Below the pieces are notes generated by a model. The model saw only the letters and a list, made by a program, of their open reading frames with translations. It was not told where the DNA came from and searched no databases. Shown here one piece after another: positions 37,002-46,268 of a stretch of DNA of 64,000 nucleotides (the stretch's first letter is position 1; each line of letters starts with the position of its first letter). The translations under genes and the position numbers were made by a program. The stretch lies in contig JAGVWK010000001.1 in the NCBI GenBank assembly GCA_018304295.1, positions 11,134 through 75,133 on the forward strand, read 5' to 3'. Source of the stretch: Candidatus Micrarchaeota archaeon. GTDB taxonomy: Archaea > Micrarchaeota > Micrarchaeia > Anstonellales > Anstonellaceae.

Positions 37002-37553
37002 ATGGGAAAAAAGATATTTTTCATAACGTCAAACGCGCATAAATTTTCCGAGGCACAAAAGCTTTTAAAGAAATGCGGCATAAGTATAAAACGCAAAAAC
37101 CTCCATTTAGAGGAAGTGCGCGCGCAGGAATGCAGCGAAGTTGCAAAAGCCTGCGCCATTGAGGCATACAAAAGAATCCGCAAGCCGCTTTTTGTGGAAG
37201 ATTCCGGGCTATTCATAAAAAGCCTTAACGGCTTTCCCGGCGTATATTCCGCAAGCGTGCTGCAAAAGATAGGGTTGCGCGGGATTCTTGCGCTTTTGAA
37301 AGGGAAAAGGCGCGATGCAGAGTTTATATGTGCAATCTGCTATGTGGACAATTCCAAGCTTGTCCAAATATGCAAAAGGTGCAAGGGGAAAATTTCCAAA
37401 ATGCCTTCGGGGAGAAAGGGGTTCGGATACGACCCGATTTTTGTCCCGCAAGGAGGAAAGTTGACTTTTGCGCAGGATGAAAAAACAAAGGCGGAACTGT
37501 CCCATCGGACAGCCGCACTAAAAGCGCTTTGTGCGCGCTTGGCAAAAAGGTGA
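37002..37553 (+). CDS. Non-canonical purine NTP pyrophosphatase (Ham1/RdgB/ITPase)
   Basis: FITSNAHKFSEAQ N-terminus, FVEDSGL and KGFGYDPIFVP motifs. Start trimmed to 37002. Confidence 0.85.
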   Translation: MGKKIFFITSNAHKFSEAQKLLKKCGISIKRKNLHLEEVRAQECSEVAKACAIEAYKRIRKPLFVEDSGLFIKSLNGFPGVYSASVLQKIGLRGILALLKGKRRDAEFICAICYVDNSKLVQICKRCKGKISKMPSGRKGFGYDPIFVPQGGKLTFAQDEKTKAELSHRTAALKALCARLAKR

Positions 37554-37557
37554 AGAG

Positions 37558-38013
37558 ATGGCAAGGCTGCATTCAAAGAAAAAAGGGAAATCCGGCTCAA
37601 AAAGGCCGGCTGCAAAAATCTCCCCCGCATGGGTGGAATATTCCGCCCACGAGGTTGAGGAGATTGTGGCAAAGCTTGCAAAGGAAGGCAGCTCCCCAAC
37701 GCAAATCGGGCTTGTTTTGCGCGACAGGTACGGAGTCCCGTCTGTTGCGAATCTCTGCTCAAAGTCAATAAGCAAGATGCTTGAGGAGCAAAAGCTGCTT
37801 CCGGCGTACCCCGACGACCTGATGAGCCTTATAAGGCGCGCGGTAAAGATGAGGGAGCACCTGAAAGGCAACAAGTCCGACAGGCAGAACACAGTGAAGC
37901 TTACGCACGTTGAGGCGAAAATAAACCGTCTGGTAAAATACTATCGTGACAGCGGAAGGCTTGCGCCGTACTGGAAATACGACCCTGCCGCAGCAGCGCT
38001 GCTGGTAAAGTAA
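37558..38013 (+). CDS. rps15: 30S ribosomal protein S15 (uS15 / S13e type)
   Basis: MARLHSKKKGKSGSKRP N-terminus and a length of about 150 aa. Confidence 0.9.
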   Translation: MARLHSKKKGKSGSKRPAAKISPAWVEYSAHEVEEIVAKLAKEGSSPTQIGLVLRDRYGVPSVANLCSKSISKMLEEQKLLPAYPDDLMSLIRRAVKMREHLKGNKSDRQNTVKLTHVEAKINRLVKYYRDSGRLAPYWKYDPAAAALLVK

Positions 38014-38026
38014 AATCGGTGATTAT

Positions 38027-38617
38027 ATGGCTGAAAAAAAATCAAAAGTCATTGACAAATGGAAAATGAAAAGCTGGTATTCGGTGCTTGCGCCCGAGTA
38101 TTTTGACAACAAGGAGATAGGGCAGGTGCTTGCAACCGACGAGGCGACCATTGCGAACCGCATAATACGCGTTGGCCTTGGGGAGCTTACTGGAAGCTTC
38201 AGCCCCGGCACAGCATACACTTCCGTGCGCTTTCGCATAATGGAGGTAAAGGGCAAAATTGCAAACGCCACGTACATCGGCCATGAGCTTATGCCCGGGT
38301 ACATACGCACCCTTGTGCGCAGGCGCCGCTCCGTGATAAACGAAGTGGTGGATGTGCCTACAAAAGACGGGCACACAATGCGCGTGAAGCTCATTGCAAT
38401 AACGGGCAACCGCGTTAGCGAAGCAGTGCGCCACGCGCTGCGAAGCGCGCTTCGCGCCGAAATAGCCGCAAACACAAAGGACATTGACCTTCGCACGCTA
38501 ATTGGGGAAGTGCTCTTTGGAAGGTTTGCCTCGCGCATAGTGGGCAAGCTTAAAAAAATTGCGCCGGTGCGCAAAATTGAGGTTCGCAAGACCCAACTGA
38601 TGGAAAAGTTTGCCTAG
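38027..38617 (+). CDS. rps3ae: 30S ribosomal protein S3Ae (eS1)
   Basis: KVIDKWKMKSWYSVLAPEYF N-terminus and the full-length S3Ae pattern. Confidence 0.9.
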   Translation: MAEKKSKVIDKWKMKSWYSVLAPEYFDNKEIGQVLATDEATIANRIIRVGLGELTGSFSPGTAYTSVRFRIMEVKGKIANATYIGHELMPGYIRTLVRRRRSVINEVVDVPTKDGHTMRVKLIAITGNRVSEAVRHALRSALRAEIAANTKDIDLRTLIGEVLFGRFASRIVGKLKKIAPVRKIEVRKTQLMEKFA

Positions 38618-38760
38618 AATGGCATCTCCCATAAGGGGAACCGGGCATTCTCGGATGTCCCTTGAGCAAGCTTCGCTTGCGACCCTCTTGAACGTATGCG
38701 TTCCCTTGGTTGAGGGGTTTTTAACCCTGTGCAAAACACAATCGCTATGAGGTAATACGA

Positions 38761-39084
38761 ATGATACCCGGCATGAACCCAAAAGATATGGCAAGAGTGA
38801 TGAAGCAGATGGGCATCAAGAACGATGAGCTGCCCGCAAAGCGCGTTGTAATTGAGCTTGAGGATAAAAAACTCATTATAGAGCCTGCGCAGGTAATGCA
38901 GATTGAGATGCAAGGGCAGAAAACGTTCCAGATAATGGGAAATGTGAAAGAGGAAAGCTCATCTTCCCTTGAGGATGCAAAGCTTGTAATGGCGCAGGCA
39001 AGCTGCTCGCTTGAAGAGGCGCAAAACGCGCTTAAAGAGGCAAACGGAGACATTGCAGAGGCCATTTTGAAATTGCAGAAATAG
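38761..39084 (+). CDS. nac: Nascent polypeptide-associated complex protein (NAC alpha, with C-terminal UBA-like domain)
   Basis: MNPKDMARVMKQMGI NAC domain and a C-terminal EEAQNALKEANGDIAEAI UBA-like domain. Confidence 0.85.
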   Translation: MIPGMNPKDMARVMKQMGIKNDELPAKRVVIELEDKKLIIEPAQVMQIEMQGQKTFQIMGNVKEESSSSLEDAKLVMAQASCSLEEAQNALKEANGDIAEAILKLQK

Positions 39085-39105
39085 GGCTGCCAAACAATAG
39101 GACGG

Positions 39106-39744
39106 CTATGCTGTTTGCCCGATATTAAAGCCAGTTTCATCAAAATCAATTAGCAGGTGTGAGTGGCACGCGTTACGCAGTTCAATTGAACTTCCAGAAT
39201 AGGTGTGAAGATTAACCGTTTTTAACCCGTATTTTTTGATGAGGTTTATTGCAGGCACAAAATCGGCATCGCCAGACAGGAGTATTATGGTTTCTGCGTT
39301 TTTTGCCATTGCCTCTTCTATGGCATCCGCAACAAGCAGCACATCAATGCCTTTTTCTTTTGTAAGTCGGATGAGCTTGAGGTCAAGCAGGAAGTTTTTG
39401 AGCTTTGCTTTGCAGGTGTCCACAATGCCAATCCTGCTTGCGGATTCTTCTATTTGCTCGTTTGTGATATTGACGAGGTAGCGCAATTTCCTTGTTTTTA
39501 TCGTTATTTTTGGATGGCTTTTCCTAAGCCGCTGGGGAAAACTCTGCTGCCGCGAATATCCGATTTGGTCTTTCTCGGAATTTTTAAGCGCGTCATAATA
39601 GTGGATTTTAACAAGCTCGTAGCGGTTTGAAAGCAATCCAAAAAGTTTCCCAAATTCCTCGGCATCAAAGGGAAGCCGCCCTTCATGCTTTAGGGAATGG
39701 TAAAAATTTGAGCCGTCTATCATGAGAATTGCAGAAGGAGGCAT
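39106..39744 (-). CDS. NYN/LabA-like PIN-fold domain protein
   Basis: ILMIDGSNFYH, IHYYDA, KEKGIDVLLVADA and LLSGDADFVPA NYN motifs. Start trimmed to MPPSAIL. Confidence 0.75.
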   Translation of the reverse strand: MPPSAILMIDGSNFYHSLKHEGRLPFDAEEFGKLFGLLSNRYELVKIHYYDALKNSEKDQIGYSRQQSFPQRLRKSHPKITIKTRKLRYLVNITNEQIEESASRIGIVDTCKAKLKNFLLDLKLIRLTKEKGIDVLLVADAIEEAMAKNAETIILLSGDADFVPAINLIKKYGLKTVNLHTYSGSSIELRNACHSHLLIDFDETGFNIGQTA

Positions 39745-40171
39745 AGTATCACAAATATTAGCCCGTGTTTGCAGCAAGCCTAAGCCAGCCGCAACCACGG
39801 GGAAGCAATGCTAATTTTGGGGTAAGAGGGATTTATATTGGCTTCGGTAAAAAGCCACTGGAAAGTAGGTTTCACAACATGTTTACTGTTGCAGCGCCCG
39901 AATTATAGCAAGCCCCATAAATAATTCGGCTTGCAACTAGCAAACCCGCGTCGCATTTTGGAGCACTGCGTGTTGAATTACTATGCGGGTTTGCTATAAC
40001 GAGACGAGAGATGCAACGAAGAAAGATATTTCAAAGCCCGCACCTGAAAAGTTAGTTATATAAACCTTTTTTCCTTAACAAGTAAGCCCGAAAGGGCGTG
40101 GGAGGTGGAGGAGGAGCCCCTCGGGGTGTACCGTCCTCACCTTCATATTTCTCTTTGGGATTGGTGGTTCA

Positions 40172-40540
40172 ATGAATCTTTGGGATTATCAGTTTAGCAA
40201 TGCGCCTAGCGCACAGGTGCCGCAAAAGCGGGTTCCTTTTAGGAAAATGCTCTGCATGGCACACGACATATTTAAAGGACAGGACAGCCTTGCGTTGCAA
40301 AAGCTATCTGAAAGCAGAAGCTACAAAAGCCAAAGGAGATGGGCAAGCTGCGTGCGCAGCTCAACCGCTGCGCGGGAGATGTTGTTGGCTGAACGCGTTA
40401 CAAACGGCAGGGCAAGGAAGGACCTTGCGCAAAAAATCACTTCAGAAGATGATGCAAGGAAGATTGTTTCAGTGCTTGGGCAAAACGGCGTGCAGGACGA
40501 TGGGATTGTTTCCTACCTGAAGGAAAAGTTCAAGTTGTAA
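40172..40540 (+). CDS. Hypothetical 122-aa protein preceded by a structured GC-rich leader
   Basis: The ORF has no recognisable family. Immediately upstream are a GCCC-GAAA-GGGC tetraloop hairpin and purine-rich GGAGGTGGAGGAGGAG. Confidence 0.35.
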   Translation: MNLWDYQFSNAPSAQVPQKRVPFRKMLCMAHDIFKGQDSLALQKLSESRSYKSQRRWASCVRSSTAAREMLLAERVTNGRARKDLAQKITSEDDARKIVSVLGQNGVQDDGIVSYLKEKFKL

Positions 40541-40590
40541 TCATCTTTTTATATTTAGCAGCAGATGTAGGTGGCATAGGAGGCTTTTGT

Positions 40591-41643
40591 ATGCTGCTTA
40601 CACCCGGACCAGTCGCAGTGCCGCAAGAGATAAGGGACGCGCAGGCAAAAGAGATGATATATCATCGCGGCCCTGAAATGAAGGAACTCCTCAAGGATGT
40701 TGCAACAAAGCTGAAGGCTGATTTTAATGCTGAGAATTTTTACATCGTAACAGGCTCAGGGACCGCAGGAATAGAAATGTGCGTTGCAAACTGCGTAAAG
40801 CCGCAGGAGAATGTGCTTGTGCTCTCAAACGGGACTTTCGGGGACAAGCTTGCAAATTGCGCTGAAATTTACGGGAAAGTGCAAAAAGTTTCGCAGCCCC
40901 TTGGAAAGGGCTGGAGCCTTGAGAGGGCAAAGGAGGCAATTGACAATAGCAATGCAACCGTGCTTGCAATGGTGTACAACGAGACAAGCACTGGAGTGCT
41001 AAACGATGCAAAGGGGATTTGCAATTACGCGAAAAAGAAGGGCATGCTCACAATAGTGGATGCGGTTTCTGCATGGGCTGCCGCTCCACTTGATTGCAGG
41101 GAATTTGGCATTGATGCCGTTGCAAGCGGCTCGCAAAAGGCAATAGGCTGCCCGCCCGGGCTTTCTTTTGTTGCAATGGGAAATGAGGCGGTTGAAAAGG
41201 CACAGTCGCATGCGGCGCGCACTTTTTACCTTGATGTGCGCAAATACAAGAAGGAAATGGAAACGTTCCAGACGCCCACAACGCCCGCTGTTTCGCTTTT
41301 GTATGCGGTGCAGGCTGCGCTTGGGGTTATAGAAAAAAAGGGAGGGTTTGCAGCCCACCGCAAAAGGCACGAGGAGGGGGCGGCATACTCAAGGGAATTT
41401 GTAAAAAGCCTTGAAAGGGAAGTGTTTGCGCAAAGTGGATTTTACTCCCCGACAATTACGGGGTTTATTCTTGAAAATGCGGATGAAGTGCGCAAAACCC
41501 TCAAGGAAAAATACGGGCTTGTTACTGCGCGGGACTTTGGGGAGCTTAGGGGAAGGTTTTTCCGCGTGTGCCACATAGGGCATTTCACAAAAGAGGAGCT
41601 GGATGTTGCTTTTGGCTATATAAGGGAAGTTCTGGGCAAATAA
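40591..41643 (+). CDS. Class V aminotransferase (phosphoserine / serine-glyoxylate aminotransferase family)
   Basis: MLLTPGPV N-terminus and a PLP-lysine context (SGSQKAIGCPPG). A TTTTTATATT TATA-like box lies about 35 nt upstream. Confidence 0.8.
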   Translation: MLLTPGPVAVPQEIRDAQAKEMIYHRGPEMKELLKDVATKLKADFNAENFYIVTGSGTAGIEMCVANCVKPQENVLVLSNGTFGDKLANCAEIYGKVQKVSQPLGKGWSLERAKEAIDNSNATVLAMVYNETSTGVLNDAKGICNYAKKKGMLTIVDAVSAWAAAPLDCREFGIDAVASGSQKAIGCPPGLSFVAMGNEAVEKAQSHAARTFYLDVRKYKKEMETFQTPTTPAVSLLYAVQAALGVIEKKGGFAAHRKRHEEGAAYSREFVKSLEREVFAQSGFYSPTITGFILENADEVRKTLKEKYGLVTARDFGELRGRFFRVCHIGHFTKEELDVAFGYIREVLGK

Positions 41644-41653
41644 AGGTGGGAAA

Positions 41654-42538
41654 ATGAAAATAGTGATAGCAGAGAACATGGACGGGGAAGTTGTTGCTGA
41701 GATAAGCAGGCTTGGGGAAGTAGTGTATAGGCCGCATGATTTGAACCTTGCGCTTGCGTCTGCGGACGTGCTGGTGGTGCGCTCCGCAACAAAAGTAACA
41801 GCTGAGCTTCTCAAAAATGCGCCAAAGCTGCGGATAGTCGCGCGGGGGGGCGTGGGGCTTGATACAATAGACACAAAGGAATGCGAGAGGAGAAAGATAA
41901 CGGTTGTGAATACGCCCGGTGCCTCAAGCAACGCGGTTGCAGAGCTTGCGCTTGGGCTCATGTTTTCCCTTGCAAGGCAGTTGGCGCGCGCGGATTCGCT
42001 CATGCGCCAGAAAACGTGGGCAAAAAAAGAGCTTGCGGGAAGCGAGCTTGCAGGCAAAACCCTTGGGATAATAGGGTTTGGCAGGATTGGCTCGCTCGTG
42101 GGCAAAAAGGCGCATGCGCTTGGCATGAAGATAATATATTACAATGAAGTGGAGGCAAAAGCGGATTATGAAGCCCGCAGCGACACCCTTGAGAACGTGC
42201 TCAGGCAGTCGGAATTTGTAACATTGCACGTGCCTTCCACCCCTAGCACAAAGGGAATGCTCAATGCGCAAAGGCTCGCCCTTATGAAGGCGGGCGCATA
42301 CCTCATAAATACCGCGCGCGGGGATATTATGGACGAGGAGGCGCTTTATGCGGCGCTTAAGGGCGGAAAGCTTGCGGGGGCGGCTCTTGACGTATATTCC
42401 ACTGAGCCGTATTCCGGAAAACTCCTTGAGCTGCAAAACGTGGTTTTCACTCCTCACATAGGCGCAGGGACAAAGGAGGCGCAGCTTAGGATAGGCGGGG
42501 AGCTTGTGAAAAAGTTAAAAGAACTGCTTGCAAAATAG
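41654..42538 (+). CDS. D-isomer-specific 2-hydroxyacid dehydrogenase (phosphoglycerate dehydrogenase-like, no ACT domain)
   Basis: GIIGFGRIGSLVG NAD-binding motif with catalytic R/E/H blocks. 294 aa. Confidence 0.8.
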   Translation: MKIVIAENMDGEVVAEISRLGEVVYRPHDLNLALASADVLVVRSATKVTAELLKNAPKLRIVARGGVGLDTIDTKECERRKITVVNTPGASSNAVAELALGLMFSLARQLARADSLMRQKTWAKKELAGSELAGKTLGIIGFGRIGSLVGKKAHALGMKIIYYNEVEAKADYEARSDTLENVLRQSEFVTLHVPSTPSTKGMLNAQRLALMKAGAYLINTARGDIMDEEALYAALKGGKLAGAALDVYSTEPYSGKLLELQNVVFTPHIGAGTKEAQLRIGGELVKKLKELLAK

Positions 42539-42549
42539 GCTTTGATAGC

Positions 42550-43815
42550 ATGATTTCAATAAAACTTCTCAGGGAGCAGCCTGATGTGCTGCGCGCTGCG
42601 CTTGCAAAGCGCAATGCGGATGCCGCCGCCGTTGACAAGCTGCTTTCGCTGGATGCGGACTGGAGAGTAGTTAAGGCAAAGGCAGACACTTTCAAGGCGG
42701 AGCGCAATAAGCATTCAGTTGAGATATCAGAAGGTAAAAAGAAAGGGGAGGACGTTTCCCAGATAATAGCAAAAATGCAGGAGATTTCAGCGAAAATAAA
42801 GGGGCTTGACGAGCAGGTGGCGTTCCTTGATGAGCAGATGCAGGCGATGCTGCTTGTGCTGCCAAACATGCCCCATGAGAGCGTTCCGGTCGGGGAGGAT
42901 GAGAGCGCCAACGTGCAGGTGAAAACGCACGCAGAGCCTGCTCAAATAAAAGAGCCGCTTGCGCACTATGAGATTGCGCAAAAGGCGGGCATTATTGATT
43001 TTGAAAGGGGCGCAAAAGTAGCGGGGCACAGGTTTGTTTTCCTTCGTGGAATTGCGGCAAGGATGGAGCGCGCGCTTGTATCCTTTATGATGGATGAGCA
43101 CGTGAAAAAAGGGTACGCTGAAATATACCCCCCGCTTCTTGTTAACACAAAGGCAATGCTGGGAACAGGGCAGCTGCCGAAATTTGCCGAGGAGCTTTAC
43201 AAGTGCGAAAAAGACGAGCTTTACCTGATACCGACTTCCGAGGTCCCCCTGACGAATTATTTTGCAGGGGAAATATTGCAAAAAGAAGAGCTGCCAGTGA
43301 AATTCTGCGCATATTCGCCCTGCTTTCGCAGGGAGGCGGGCGCATACCAAAAAGACATAAAGGGCATAATGCGCCAGCACCAGTTCAGCAAGGTTGAGCT
43401 TGTGAAATTCTGCGAGCCGCAAAATTCGTTTGATGAGCTTGAGAAAATGACGGAAGACGCGGAGCACATATTGGAGAAGCTTGGCTTGCCATACAGGAGG
43501 ATGCTTCTTTGCAGCGGGGACATGGGGTTTGCGGCTGCAAAAACGTATGATATAGAGGTGTGGCTGCCCTCACAGGGAAAATACAGGGAAATTTCCTCAT
43601 GCTCAAACTGCATGGACTTTCAGGCAAAAAGGGCGAACATACGCTACTGGGAAGGCGGAAAGCCGGAATTTTTGCACACGCTTAATGGCAGCGGGCTCGC
43701 GGTTGGAAGGACGATGATTGCGATACTTGAGAATTATCAGGATGAAAACGGCGTACGGATGCCCAAAGCCCTGCAAAAATATTTGGGAGAAGAAAGAATT
43801 GAATACCCTAAATAG
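42550..43815 (+). CDS. serS: Seryl-tRNA synthetase (class II)
   Basis: N-terminal coiled-coil arm and class II motifs 2 and 3 (FRREAG, GSGLAVGRTM). Confidence 0.9.
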   Translation: MISIKLLREQPDVLRAALAKRNADAAAVDKLLSLDADWRVVKAKADTFKAERNKHSVEISEGKKKGEDVSQIIAKMQEISAKIKGLDEQVAFLDEQMQAMLLVLPNMPHESVPVGEDESANVQVKTHAEPAQIKEPLAHYEIAQKAGIIDFERGAKVAGHRFVFLRGIAARMERALVSFMMDEHVKKGYAEIYPPLLVNTKAMLGTGQLPKFAEELYKCEKDELYLIPTSEVPLTNYFAGEILQKEELPVKFCAYSPCFRREAGAYQKDIKGIMRQHQFSKVELVKFCEPQNSFDELEKMTEDAEHILEKLGLPYRRMLLCSGDMGFAAAKTYDIEVWLPSQGKYREISSCSNCMDFQAKRANIRYWEGGKPEFLHTLNGSGLAVGRTMIAILENYQDENGVRMPKALQKYLGEERIEYPK

Positions 43816-43864
43816 GCAATTCTAAATGGATGCGCTTTTTCTAAATGGGCACTTTTCTAAATGG
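43808..43864. repeat. Four spaced copies of CTAAAT(A/G)GG between convergent serS and mre11
   Basis: TTCTAAATGG at 43820-29, 43839-48 and 43855-64, plus CTAAATAGG at 43808-16, each separated by T-rich tracts. Confidence 0.8.
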
Positions 43865-45062
43865 AACGCATTCTTTGCTCTTTTATCCTTTTCACGAATT
43901 CCTCCGCGTCTTCCTGAAGGAGCATGAAAGTTTCCTCGTCCGCAAAGTGCGCTATTTTTGCATCGTTTAGCCGCTCGCGCAAAAGCTTGAGCCCGTATTC
44001 CGAAGCTGAGAGCTTTTCATCGTGCCTTGAGCGTATGCTTTGCAGCTTTTCCTTTAAGTCCCCGCTGGAGAATGCTGTTTCAATGAAGACGTTTTTCCCG
44101 TATGCGCCAGCGCGCAAGTCCGAGGGGCTTAAGCCGTTTGAAAGCGTGCCTGAGATTTTTATTTTTATTATTGGAGAGCCGGGTGCGTTAGAGACAGGTG
44201 CGCCAATTGCATTTAATTCCGCTTCAATTGCGCCTTTTATTGCATGCGCATCCGCATTTTCCACAGTTATTTTGCGCAGGATGAATTTGCGCGAGCCTAT
44301 TGGGACAAACTGCGCTTCTTTTTTTTCGGTATCGTAGAGCACAAAGCCCTTTTCTTCCTGCTCCTCCTCGCGCAGCTGCGTTACCACGGTGCTTCCGGGG
44401 ATTATTATTGAATTGTTTTTCAAGAACGAGCGCTTGTGCAAATGCCCGCACACGTGCAAATCATACCCTGCTGGCAAATCCTCAAGGGAAAGCATCTCCT
44501 CCCCTGAAGGGATGAACTCTGAAAAAGACTGGTGAAGCATAAATACGTTGAATGCGCCCTGCAATGGGGCGCACTGCATATTTTCAAGGGCTGCCTTTGC
44601 CAAGTCGTCAGGAACGCCCCCTATGCCGCTTATTGCGGCTTTTTCGCCCCCCTTTTCAAAAACGAGCGTTTTATTGTGTGCATCCATGAGCAGCCCGGCC
44701 GCCTCCATAAGCTGGATGGGGTTTACAAGCTCGCGGGGACGGCGCTCATGCGTGCCGTGTATTGCAACTATCGGAGGCAATACTGCGGGCGCTTCTTTTT
44801 CCGCGCTTTGGGGCTTGCTGCCTATTGCAACCTGTTTTGCGCATGCTTTGCAGTTCATTATTTTCCCGGCTTCCACTAGTATTTGGGCAACCTGCGCGAT
44901 TGTTTCGGGCTTTGGAACCCGCACGTCAAATATGTCCCCGGGAAGAAGAAGCAGGTCGCATTTTTTGGCAGCCTCAAGGATTGCCCTTTTGCCCTGTTCG
45001 TGCGCATCCTCTTCAAAGCGCGAAAACCCGAAATGCGTGTCTGAAACTATCCCTATTATCAT
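43857..45062 (-). CDS. mre11: DNA double-strand break repair nuclease Mre11 (SbcD-family metallophosphoesterase)
   Basis: MIIGIVSDTHFG motif I, LLLPGDIFD, AIHGTHE, HVCGHLH phosphoesterase motifs and a C-terminal capping region. No rad50, herA or nurA adjacent. Confidence 0.8.
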   Translation of the reverse strand: MIIGIVSDTHFGFSRFEEDAHEQGKRAILEAAKKCDLLLLPGDIFDVRVPKPETIAQVAQILVEAGKIMNCKACAKQVAIGSKPQSAEKEAPAVLPPIVAIHGTHERRPRELVNPIQLMEAAGLLMDAHNKTLVFEKGGEKAAISGIGGVPDDLAKAALENMQCAPLQGAFNVFMLHQSFSEFIPSGEEMLSLEDLPAGYDLHVCGHLHKRSFLKNNSIIIPGSTVVTQLREEEQEEKGFVLYDTEKKEAQFVPIGSRKFILRKITVENADAHAIKGAIEAELNAIGAPVSNAPGSPIIKIKISGTLSNGLSPSDLRAGAYGKNVFIETAFSSGDLKEKLQSIRSRHDEKLSASEYGLKLLRERLNDAKIAHFADEETFMLLQEDAEEFVKRIKEQRMRSI

Positions 45063-45362
45063 CAAAGCACCGCCACAAGAATGCTGCAAAGCGCTGCCTG
45101 CGCCGAAGGCAAAGGCAGGTTTATAAGCAAAAACACGCTTATAATTGCATGGTTGACAAGCTTGTGTTTGCAGGGGTTCTTATTGCGGCGATTGTTGCGC
45201 TAGTGTATTTTCTTACAAGATAAGCCTCTTTTTGCCACAGATATTTGGCAAACATTTATAAAGGGGTTCATGGCATAATAAAAGAATCTTTTTAAAACTT
45301 TGTAACATTGGATAGCTTTTTTGCTTCAGTCCAAATGCTACAGAAAAATAGAGGGGTTTTTT

Positions 45363-46268
45363 ATGGCAGACAAATGCCCAGAGTGCGGAAATAAAAAATT
45401 GACAAGGGACTATGAAAAGGGCGAGGTAGTGTGCTCAAACTGTGGCCTTATAGTCGCGGAGAACATGGAGGACAGCGGTCCTGAGTGGCGCGCATTTGAC
45501 TCAGAACAGCGCGAAAAGCGCGCAAGAGGCGGCGCCCCAATAAAGCTCATGAGGCCAAACAAGGGGCTTGTTACTGAAATTGACCAATACAACCGTGACA
45601 TACGCGGGGCAAAAATATCGCCCAAAAAGCAGGCGCAGCTTTACAGGATGCGCAAATGGCACAAAAGGGCGTCCATTGCGTCCTCAATGGAGCGCAACCT
45701 TGCAATTGCGCTTTCAGAGCTTGACAGGATTGCATCATACCTTGGATTGCCTGACTCCATAAGGGAGAGCGCTGCGCTTCTTTACCGCAAATGCATAAAG
45801 GCGGAGCTAATACGCGGAAGGCTCATTGAGAGCGTTGTGTCCGCGGTGATATATGCAACGTGCAGGATGCAGGGCATTCCGCGCACGCTGGATGAGATTT
45901 CACGCGTATCAGGGATTGAGAAAAAGGAAATCGGGCGCGCATACCGCTTTGTGCGCCGCGAGCTTGACATTGACGTGCCCCTCACAGACCCGGGGCAATA
46001 CGTGCCCAAATTCACTGCGGCATTGAAGCTTTCAGGGCAGGTGCAGGAAAAGGCAATACAGCTCCTTAAGAAGGCAATAAGCAAGGGGCTTATCTCAGGC
46101 AGGGGGCCAACGGGCGTTGCTGCTGCGGCAGTGTACATTGCATCTGCGATATACGGCGAGAGGCGCACGCAAAAAGAGGTTGCGGACGTTGCAGGCGTTA
46201 CAGAGGTAACGATACGCAACCGCTACCGCGAGCTCAAAAAAGAGCTTGGGCTAAAAGTTGCGCTCTAG
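45363..46268 (+). CDS. tfb: Transcription initiation factor IIB (TFB)
   Basis: N-terminal zinc ribbon CPECG...CSNCG, B-reader, and two cyclin repeats. Start trimmed to MADKCPECG. Confidence 0.95.
   Translation: MADKCPECGNKKLTRDYEKGEVVCSNCGLIVAENMEDSGPEWRAFDSEQREKRARGGAPIKLMRPNKGLVTEIDQYNRDIRGAKISPKKQAQLYRMRKWHKRASIASSMERNLAIALSELDRIASYLGLPDSIRESAALLYRKCIKAELIRGRLIESVVSAVIYATCRMQGIPRTLDEISRVSGIEKKEIGRAYRFVRRELDIDVPLTDPGQYVPKFTAALKLSGQVQEKAIQLLKKAISKGLISGRGPTGVAAAAVYIASAIYGERRTQKEVADVAGVTEVTIRNRYRELKKELGLKVAL

Noticed and set aside
38618-38760. tRNA gene in the rps3ae-nac spacer, and likewise in other intergenic regions.
   Set aside because: No GTTCRANYC T-loop, D-loop GG or acceptor-stem complementarity was found by eye. 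A proper tRNA scan was not possible.
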